64,000 nucleotides of DNA from Candidatus Latescibacterota bacterium (GTDB lineage: Bacteria > Latescibacterota > UBA2968), in assembly GCA_965116885.1 (NCBI GenBank), contig OZ220741.1, forward strand, positions 2,368,001 to 2,432,000, in the 5' to 3' direction. The notes below the pieces were generated by a model. That model did not search any database, had not been told where the DNA came from, and was given only the letters and a program-made list of their open reading frames with translations. Positions within the stretch are counted from its first letter, which is position 1, and each line of letters begins with the position of its first letter. Both the position numbers and the translations under genes were made by a program. Positions 29,303-36,787 of the stretch are shown here, in pieces.

Positions 29303-31813
29303 ATGGCGATCCCAAAACGAATCGTTTTCTATAGCCAGCACTTAATCGGTGTGGGACATCATTTTCGCAATCGGGAAATTGTTCGCGCGCTGGCTCAGAA
29401 TCATCAGGTCTATTTTGTAGATGGAGGTCGCCAAATTCCCGGAGGCGATTTGCCAGACTCGGTTGAGCGCATCCAGCTATTACCTGTTTTTGCTTCTAAG
29501 GAGGGACTATCTTCGGATGAATTAGGCCGAGATATTCAGGAGGTTCTTCGTGAACGCTGTGATGTATTGTGTAAAGCAATCGAGAACATTGATCCAGATA
29601 TATTTATGATCGAGTTTTTTCCTTTTGGCCGTGGGAGATTGCGTTCAGAGTTGATTTTGGCGATTGAGTCCGCCCGGTCAACCAACCCGGATGTGAAAGT
29701 GATTTGTTCATTGCGGGATATCCCGATGCGAGCCAAAACTGCTGACCTCATTGGACCACCGATGCCCGATGCGTTGGCTATCACGGGCAAATTGCGATTT
29801 TATTCGGTGCCGTTTGGCGGACCACAGTATGTCCACACCCTGATGGCGCAGCGGTATTATAACGAGGTCTGCCCGACTTTGAACACGCATTTTGATGTGT
29901 TGCTCGTTCACGGAGATCCGAAAGTAACGCGACTGGAGGAGCATTTTCCCTGGGTAGAGGATATTGAGATTCCCATTGAATATACAGGATATGTGTCAGA
30001 AAAATTAAAGCCACAACGTCTGAAGAATGGATTGCCCAAACGCTTTGTCCTTGTCAGTACAGGGGGTGGGGCTGAGGCTTATGAGTTGATTGTTCCGTGC
30101 ATAGAAGCTTGGAAACTGTTGTTGAAACAGGGGGCAACGCAGGGCAGGGAAATGGCGATTTTTACAGGTCCTTTTGTCCATGATGATCAATTTGAATCCT
30201 TAAAACAAATGTGTGACGATGGTCCATTCCGGCTCTCGCGCTTTGTGCCTGATTTTCTATCGTGGATGAATGCGGCGGATTTTTCAATTAGTCGGGCTGG
30301 CTACAATACGTGTATGAATGTGCTTGAAACAGGCACACCCACCTTGCTGGTTCCAAGTGTACCCATGGGCGACCAGGTATTCCGAGCAGAGAAACTATCT
30401 GAACTGGGACTTGCTGATGTGATTGCCAGCGAAGACCTGAGTCCGGATAGTGTTGCCGATGTTATTATAAAGGGTATATCTCGACCTCCAGCAAGCCATG
30501 ATATTGCGCTTGATGGTGCAAATAAGACGCTTGAGTTTGTTTCTAAACTATCTACACGCAGTCGAAAGATGGTCTGTATGGATTTCGATTTTAAGATCAA
30601 GGATGAGATGAAAATTTGCATGATTGCCCATCAGTACCCACCTGTGTCGGGTGGAGTCGGTGTTGCTACCCAACGAATTGCTCGGAATCTGGCACGTTGC
30701 GGTGTTTCTGTCCATGTAATCGCTCCTGGATCCCATCGGGTTGGCGAAGCTATTTCTGTTGCGCGTGAGGATGGTGTAGAGGTTCATCGGATGTATCTCG
30801 CCCTGGCGCATTATTACGGAGAACAACGGGAGTTACAGAATATTGGCACTTATGTTGTCCAATTACATAAAAAAGAACATTTTGACATCGTACATGGTTT
30901 GTTTCTGAGTCCTGCAGGATTGGTAGCTGCAAATGTGTCCGCAGAAATAGACAGACCTTTCGTGGCGAGTATTCGAGGGAATGATTGGGAAACCATGCGA
31001 TACAGTCCTTTGTTGGCGGCTTCTTCCAGATGGGTGCTTGAGCGTGCGGACATGGTGACGTCTGTTTCTTCTGCCTTGCTTGAAAAAGCCCAGAAGATCG
31101 TTCATATTACGCATGGAAAAGTTATTCCCAATGCGTTTGATTTTTCGCTTTTTGACCATCGCCCGCTTAAAGAGATTGGTTCTCAACAAGTCGGGCAATT
31201 CTTGAAGGTTAAAGGAATAGATAGATTGGTCGTTGGCACGGTGGCTATGATTCGGCACAAAAAAGGCCATCGCATTTTATTTGAAGCTTTTAGGGTTCTC
31301 CTTGAAAAGTGTTCAGATGCCATCCTCTTAATGGTTGGAGATTATCACAGTGAACAAGACCGGATGGCTTTTACTCAGCAGATTGAAGAATTGGGCCTGG
31401 AGGATAGGCTGTTTATCACTGGAGAAGTGCCGCATACACACGTACTTGCCTGGTTGAAAGAGATGGACATTTTTGCCTATCCTTCGCTTTATGAAGGATC
31501 ACCAAATGCTCTTTTGGAAGCAATGGCGTGTGGCCTACCCATAGTGGGGTCACAAGTCGATGGCATAAGTGATTTGATTACAGACGGAAAGAATGGGCTT
31601 CTCATCCCGGCAGGATGTGTGGATAGGCTTTCAGAGACTCTCATTCTGCTGGCAAAAGATCAGGAACTGAGAGATCAATTGGGGTCAGCAGCACAGCAGA
31701 TGATTGAGCAAGAGTTGATGCCGGTGCATGAGGCGAAAATCTGGGTGGATACGTACAATCTGGCTATAGCCTGCCATCAAGAACAGGTAGGTAGGGCCGC
31801 TGGTGTTGGTTGA
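29303..31813 (+). CDS. Fused glycosyltransferase: COG4671/GT28-C-like domain + GT4 domain
   Basis: N-half: YSQHLIGVGH, IEFFPFGR, SLRDI, VSTGGG, SRAGYNT. C-half from 30608: MKICMIAHQYPP..GG, PSLYEGSPNALLEAMACG. Confidence 0.9.
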   Translation: MAIPKRIVFYSQHLIGVGHHFRNREIVRALAQNHQVYFVDGGRQIPGGDLPDSVERIQLLPVFASKEGLSSDELGRDIQEVLRERCDVLCKAIENIDPDIFMIEFFPFGRGRLRSELILAIESARSTNPDVKVICSLRDIPMRAKTADLIGPPMPDALAITGKLRFYSVPFGGPQYVHTLMAQRYYNEVCPTLNTHFDVLLVHGDPKVTRLEEHFPWVEDIEIPIEYTGYVSEKLKPQRLKNGLPKRFVLVSTGGGAEAYELIVPCIEAWKLLLKQGATQGREMAIFTGPFVHDDQFESLKQMCDDGPFRLSRFVPDFLSWMNAADFSISRAGYNTCMNVLETGTPTLLVPSVPMGDQVFRAEKLSELGLADVIASEDLSPDSVADVIIKGISRPPASHDIALDGANKTLEFVSKLSTRSRKMVCMDFDFKIKDEMKICMIAHQYPPVSGGVGVATQRIARNLARCGVSVHVIAPGSHRVGEAISVAREDGVEVHRMYLALAHYYGEQRELQNIGTYVVQLHKKEHFDIVHGLFLSPAGLVAANVSAEIDRPFVASIRGNDWETMRYSPLLAASSRWVLERADMVTSVSSALLEKAQKIVHITHGKVIPNAFDFSLFDHRPLKEIGSQQVGQFLKVKGIDRLVVGTVAMIRHKKGHRILFEAFRVLLEKCSDAILLMVGDYHSEQDRMAFTQQIEELGLEDRLFITGEVPHTHVLAWLKEMDIFAYPSLYEGSPNALLEAMACGLPIVGSQVDGISDLITDGKNGLLIPAGCVDRLSETLILLAKDQELRDQLGSAAQQMIEQELMPVHEAKIWVDTYNLAIACHQEQVGRAAGVG

Positions 31814-31827
31814 GGAGGAAGGCTATT

Positions 31828-33231
31828 GTGAAAATCTATATTCCACATCCTTATCGAACGAGTGAAGAGATGTACACAGCAGACAGCGGTGCCGCACTCT
31901 CAGGTTTTAATCATACACGAGCTTTAGCCAGGTACTGCGAAGTGTATATGCCAGCACAAGAATCTCAGCAATATGAGGAGAATATCTACGGGATTCCGCA
32001 GACATTTGAGACCATAGGTTCTTCGTTGGCCTGGTTTGAGCAGCAATCGTTTGATGCAGTGGTCATGTTTGAACCGAATGTAGATGATCTGGTGTTTTTT
32101 CGGCATGTTTGTCCGGCACCGATTATAATTCGTTTGTCGTGCTGTTTTGGCCGTAACCGCGAATTTTTGAACAAAGTGCTGAACTGTTATTCCCTATTGC
32201 GCCCTTACGATGCCTTGTCCCCCAAGTCTCAATGGTGTGCTGAGGAACTGAGCAAGTATGTGTTTGATGCTTCATATCTCAAGCCGATTACGAATGGAGT
32301 GGATTTAGAGACGTTCAAGCCTTCAGACAAGCTGAACGCGAAAAAGCGACTTGCCGAGGTGACAGGAGACAATCGCTTTGTAGAGATGCCCGTTGTGGGA
32401 CTTTGTTCGCGGTTTGAACCGGGAAAAGGAGCATATCCGTTTTTACGTGCGGCAGATCTCAATCCCAATGTGCTTTTCGCTGTTATCGGCAAGCAGTTTG
32501 CACCCGTGACACATCCCGTAAATGTGGCCTTTCTTGGTTCCCAGCCCTATACCCAGATGCCACTGTTTTACAATGCGCTGGATGTGCTGTGTGCTTTGTC
32601 GGTATATTCTTATGAGTCCTGTCCTTCGGTTGTGCTGGAGGGCATGGCCTGCGGCCTCCCGATTGTTGCAACTCAATTTGCCGGTGCGCCTGAGTTGCTG
32701 GATGATTGTGGTCGATTGATAGAGATTGACCGATTCGAGAACGAGCCACTGAATGTCACGGGATATATCGAGCCAGAGATGGTCTCTGAATCGATTTGCG
32801 AGTTATTGAGCAGCAAAACTGAACGATTGAAATTGGGATGTAGAGCACGGAAAAGGGCAGAAAGTTTTTCCTGGGATAACATCGCCAATCAGCATGTGAG
32901 TCTGATTGAAAATTTATTGAACAAGCGCGATCAACCTGCTTGTTCGGTTCCACTGACAGTACATTTTTCACAAACTTGTGACTCTGAGGGCGATATCAAG
33001 AGTATTCCGAGGGCATTTAATTTTTTTGGAAGACAACAAGGCCCACTACCGCGCATTTCTTTTTTGGGGCAGGATATGACTTTTCTCGAGGGATTTGGGC
33101 TTTATCTGAGCCAGATGCTTCATCCAAACGAAGTCGAAGCAGCGATGATCGGCGTGTGTGGTGATGGCGACACCGCATATAAGGTGCTTCGCAAAATTCG
33201 ACAATTTAACGATATGCTGACAGCACCTTGA
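31828..33231 (+). CDS. GT4-family glycosyltransferase with ~95-aa C-terminal extension
   Basis: NGVDLETF, RFEPGKG, YESCPSVVLEGMACGLP, FSWD; GTG start after AGGAGG. Confidence 0.88.
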   Translation: MKIYIPHPYRTSEEMYTADSGAALSGFNHTRALARYCEVYMPAQESQQYEENIYGIPQTFETIGSSLAWFEQQSFDAVVMFEPNVDDLVFFRHVCPAPIIIRLSCCFGRNREFLNKVLNCYSLLRPYDALSPKSQWCAEELSKYVFDASYLKPITNGVDLETFKPSDKLNAKKRLAEVTGDNRFVEMPVVGLCSRFEPGKGAYPFLRAADLNPNVLFAVIGKQFAPVTHPVNVAFLGSQPYTQMPLFYNALDVLCALSVYSYESCPSVVLEGMACGLPIVATQFAGAPELLDDCGRLIEIDRFENEPLNVTGYIEPEMVSESICELLSSKTERLKLGCRARKRAESFSWDNIANQHVSLIENLLNKRDQPACSVPLTVHFSQTCDSEGDIKSIPRAFNFFGRQQGPLPRISFLGQDMTFLEGFGLYLSQMLHPNEVEAAMIGVCGDGDTAYKVLRKIRQFNDMLTAP

Positions 33232-33324
33232 AAACGCCTTATTTTGGGAAGGAGGTGGTTTTGAGCAAAGAGCCGTGTTGTAATACACAATGTCGTAGTT
33301 CACTGTAAACTGAAAGGAGTAAAG

Positions 33325-33735
33325 ATGTCGATCAATTTGAAGAAGCGAATGACAACAGGTCCCAAGACTGCATTTGTTTCTTGTGTGAATCTCCCTCAGC
33401 AGGAAAGAGATATTACCATGCAAGAGGCAAGGATGATTACTGGTGGTAATACTGACATCGTCGGAGACGAGTATAGAAAGCGCGGCTGGACTCCTCCGCC
33501 TACTATGAATGGCGGAGGGGTTACCCCAAGAGGTGGGGGAGGTAGAGGGAGAGGAACAGGTGGTGTCAAAGCTATTGGTAAACTAGTCAAGTCTTTGACT
33601 TCGAGTTCAGGAGGTTCAGGAGGTTCAGGAGGTTCAGGAGGTTCAGGAGGTGAAGCTACATCCGAGACGTTTGATGATCCTCACAATAGCGAATTGGGCT
33701 ACGATGTAGTTAATGGGCGGCGGGTTTACCATTAA
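33325..33735 (+). CDS. Double-glycine leader precursor peptide (candidate RiPP/PCAT substrate)
   Basis: Strong RBS AAAGGAG; leader ends DITMQEARMITGG, matching LSxxELxxIxGG; 95-aa Gly/Ser/Thr-rich core; lies upstream of a C39-PCAT. Confidence 0.85.
   Translation: MSINLKKRMTTGPKTAFVSCVNLPQQERDITMQEARMITGGNTDIVGDEYRKRGWTPPPTMNGGGVTPRGGGGRGRGTGGVKAIGKLVKSLTSSSGGSGGSGGSGGSGGEATSETFDDPHNSELGYDVVNGRRVYH
33606..33650 (+). repeat. Perfect 9-bp tandem repeat (TTCAGGAGG)x5 encoding (Ser-Gly-Gly)x5
   Basis: Read directly from the sequence. Confidence 0.95.
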
Positions 33736-33878
33736 CTTCGTTGTAAATACAAGTACTGAAAAATGCTAAAAGCAGATAGTGAACCATAGACCTGCCGGGA
33801 TAACCAAGGTTCAAAGGGTTTGACAGTTCCAGAATATTCGAGGACTTCCAAAACGTTTTTGGTAAATCTCAATGGATT

Positions 33879-33919
33879 ATATTGTAGGCTTTGAATTAGA
33901 CTTTCAAGGCCTACAATAT
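33879..33919. other. Long stem-loop between precursor and M16 genes
   Basis: ATATTGTAGGCTTTGAA-N7-TTCAAGGCCTACAATAT (16/17 Watson-Crick pairs plus one G-U). Confidence 0.7.
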
Positions 33920-33937
33920 TTACAGGTTTATAGGCAT

Positions 33938-35314
33938 ATGAATTCCTTATATCAAACACGCAAGTTTTTCTGTATAGCAGCATTCGTGTTATTTCTATAT
34001 GCGCCAACATTTGGGCAAAATAATAGCACAGGGAGTTTGACAAAGTACGAATTAATAAAAAAAAGAAATTTAACTGATGGATTGGAAGTTGCCGAATATA
34101 GACTTAAAAATGGACTTCGGGTTGTGATTGTCAAAGATACTACAGAACCGATTTTCGCTTATCAGACATTTTTTCGAGTAGGATCGGTGCATGAACCCCC
34201 AGGTCGTCAGGGTATCGCACATTTTTTAGAGCATCTTATGTTTCGAACACGAATAGATACTTCTACAATTAGCGATCTTTCCAAAATGGTCAAACTAAAA
34301 GGCGGAAGAGATTTTAATGCTGGAACGTCAAGAGATGGAACAGTATTTCATGTTCTTCTTCCAAAAGATCAACTCGAATTTATTATAGAAATCGAATCGC
34401 GTCGTATGGCAGACCTGAGTATTTCACCTGAAATGTATATCAACGAAAAAGAGGCTATTCTCACTGAAAAATCTACTGAGAATGCAGATCCTATCAATTA
34501 TTTGTGGAATGCGATATACAGATCGCTATATACTGTCCACAACTATCGAAATTCGGTTATAGGAGAAGCAGAAACAATCGAGAACGTGACATTAGATGAC
34601 ATAATGGATTTTCATAGAATTTTTTTTAAACCCAACAATGCGTTGATTGTTGTCGCTGGTGATTTTGTTCCTGAAGACGTCATTGAGTTGATTGACAAAT
34701 ACTATGGTCATATACCGACTGGAAAAAAAATAAAAGGCTATAAAATATTGGAACCAAAACCTGAACAAGACCGAATTTTGACATTGATGCATCCTAAGAC
34801 CCAATTATATACTATATCAAATATATGTCGGCTGCCGGATATTGAAGAACGAGATCGCATTGTGCTTTCTATATTCGCCCACCTCATGGAATTGACACTA
34901 AAAGCCCAATTGGAAAATGCATCTATCGTTACAATACGGGTTTCGCCTCGGGTACATGCGTATGACTATTTCTTTATTTTTGTTCTTCAGTCAACCGAGA
35001 AAATAGAAGTAAAAAAGATACAAAACACCCTTGATCAGATATTCGATTTTTTTCGAGATGATGTTAATGAAACACTGCTCAAGGTTGCGATAGAAGAATA
35101 TAGACAAAGCCTGTACTTTATTTATTCCCAACAACAGGAATTGGCAAAATTATTAGGCGAAAGTTATCTAAAAACTGGCGATCCCCTTTCGGGTATTGAT
35201 GTTTTGAATGCCATTGATCAAGTGGGCGTTGAAAATATAAAAAGGGTTGTAAAACAATACTTTTACAATCAGCCGATGCATACGACTTTGCTATCTCCTG
35301 ACGATTTTGAGTAG
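33938..35314 (+). CDS. M16 (pitrilysin/M16B) zinc peptidase, catalytic subunit, with signal peptide
   Basis: LKNGLRV, VGSVHE..GIAHFLEHLMF (HxxEH), FNAGTS, PNNALIVVAGD; hydrophobic N-terminus. Start may be 33872. Confidence 0.9.
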   Translation: MNSLYQTRKFFCIAAFVLFLYAPTFGQNNSTGSLTKYELIKKRNLTDGLEVAEYRLKNGLRVVIVKDTTEPIFAYQTFFRVGSVHEPPGRQGIAHFLEHLMFRTRIDTSTISDLSKMVKLKGGRDFNAGTSRDGTVFHVLLPKDQLEFIIEIESRRMADLSISPEMYINEKEAILTEKSTENADPINYLWNAIYRSLYTVHNYRNSVIGEAETIENVTLDDIMDFHRIFFKPNNALIVVAGDFVPEDVIELIDKYYGHIPTGKKIKGYKILEPKPEQDRILTLMHPKTQLYTISNICRLPDIEERDRIVLSIFAHLMELTLKAQLENASIVTIRVSPRVHAYDYFFIFVLQSTEKIEVKKIQNTLDQIFDFFRDDVNETLLKVAIEEYRQSLYFIYSQQQELAKLLGESYLKTGDPLSGIDVLNAIDQVGVENIKRVVKQYFYNQPMHTTLLSPDDFE

Positions 35315-35325
35315 AGGAATAGAAA

Positions 35326-36663
35326 ATGGTGTATTCGAGCAGGTTTCGATTTCTCAGTGGAATTGTAGTTTCAATTTTCCTGTTTGTGTGTTGTCAACCA
35401 GAACCGAGTAGCATAACGCAAAAGTTATATTATCAGAATGATAAACGTGTCCCGATGACGTATATCAATCTGATTATACGAGATATAAGGCAAAAAGATA
35501 AATTGAAGGACTTAGTTTCGATCCTATTGTTTGATTATCCCAACAAAGTTGTCGAAGAAATCCTCCTGCAAGGATTTGTCTCAGGCGCAAGGTGGGAGTC
35601 TTTAACGAGTCCAGATGTTTTTGAAATCAGAATATCAACCCCGAGCAAGCATCTTCGTCAAGTTCTTTCAGATACGCACAAAATCCTATATGAAACAGAT
35701 TTTTCGATAATTGACATTGAATTGGCTAAAGCGCAGCTATATCACAAGCAGAAGAAAGATATTCAGGAAAATTTTTTCAATGCAGTCGTTTGGTATGGTC
35801 TCAAAAAGAGTACGGATTTTCTGGGATTGACGCCCTTATCGGAGTTGGAAGGAATTACAGGACGGGATGTGCAGCATTGCTATGAACAAATGCTCGCTTC
35901 GCCCTTTTATTTTTCAGTGATTTCGGATCTTCCCAGAGGAGAGGTCGAAAGTGCCTTAGCGATCTTCGCAAAAAATACCCAACTCGAAGAAATGGAGCGC
36001 AATACTGGGGGATCGACTTGGGAGTTGTCGGGCAGACAGGTTTTGATCGTCAATACGCCTGGCACTGATATTGATGAGTGTTATTGGATATTGAAAGGTC
36101 TTGATCGTCGAGATCCAGATTATTTGGTACTTCGGGTTATTGTCGATGCAATTGGGGGAGATTTTGATAGTCTTTTATATGAAGTTTTACGTGAAGAAAA
36201 AGGCTTATGTTATGCAGCGAATGCTGCCATTGAGAATTGGTTGAAGCCTGGTTATATCAGCTTTTATGCCAATCCTAGAACGGAAAATACAGCGAAATTA
36301 GTCCATGAGCTTTTTTTGCTCATAGACGATTTCAGTAAAGAGAAACGTTTTTGGCAAAAAATAGAAGATAGTAAAATAAAATTAAAATATCAGTATGTTT
36401 ACACACAAATGCTTGAAGAAAAACTCAATAGACAAATTCAACGCGATTTATACGGTGTCCCTTTATTAGAACAAGAGGATTTCGAAAAGAAAATAGATGA
36501 GATAGACGAGGAACGAGTACGAAAAGTTTTAGCAAAGGTTTTTTCTACGCAAAATATTTTTATGATTTTTGTTGGAAATGCAGATCGTTTAAGCAAAATT
36601 GCAAATCAAGTTATAGAAGAAAAAAAAGTAGAAATATTCAATCGCGCGTTTTTTGATTGGTAA
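35326..36663 (+). CDS. M16 peptidase non-catalytic partner subunit, probable lipoprotein
   Basis: No HxxEH; carries the R/Y motif SLLYEVLREEKGLCY; N-terminal IFLFVCC signal. Confidence 0.8.
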   Translation: MVYSSRFRFLSGIVVSIFLFVCCQPEPSSITQKLYYQNDKRVPMTYINLIIRDIRQKDKLKDLVSILLFDYPNKVVEEILLQGFVSGARWESLTSPDVFEIRISTPSKHLRQVLSDTHKILYETDFSIIDIELAKAQLYHKQKKDIQENFFNAVVWYGLKKSTDFLGLTPLSELEGITGRDVQHCYEQMLASPFYFSVISDLPRGEVESALAIFAKNTQLEEMERNTGGSTWELSGRQVLIVNTPGTDIDECYWILKGLDRRDPDYLVLRVIVDAIGGDFDSLLYEVLREEKGLCYAANAAIENWLKPGYISFYANPRTENTAKLVHELFLLIDDFSKEKRFWQKIEDSKIKLKYQYVYTQMLEEKLNRQIQRDLYGVPLLEQEDFEKKIDEIDEERVRKVLAKVFSTQNIFMIFVGNADRLSKIANQVIEEKKVEIFNRAFFDW

Positions 36664-36699
36664 CAGGTGTTACACAATTTACAGGAATGGACTTGAGCT

Positions 36700-36787
36700 G
36701 TTCTAACTTTTGATTGGATGCTAAAAAAAGTGTGATGAATATAGACCAGATATTTCAAGAACTGAATATAAAAGGCGAATTGGTATC
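36700..36787 (+). repeat. Direct repeat copy 2 (true PCAT 5' end)
   Basis: Matches 28187-28276. Confidence 0.9.

Noticed and set aside
33606..33650. Tandem repeat as a possible CRISPR array
   Set aside because: Contiguous 9-bp units without spacers, in frame within a CDS, and no cas genes nearby.
29303..33735. Classification as a classical glycocin or class IIb siderophore-microcin cluster
   Set aside because: No GT2 SunS-like enzyme and no core cysteines; no MceIJ-like or siderophore genes; the Ser-rich tract is not C-terminal.
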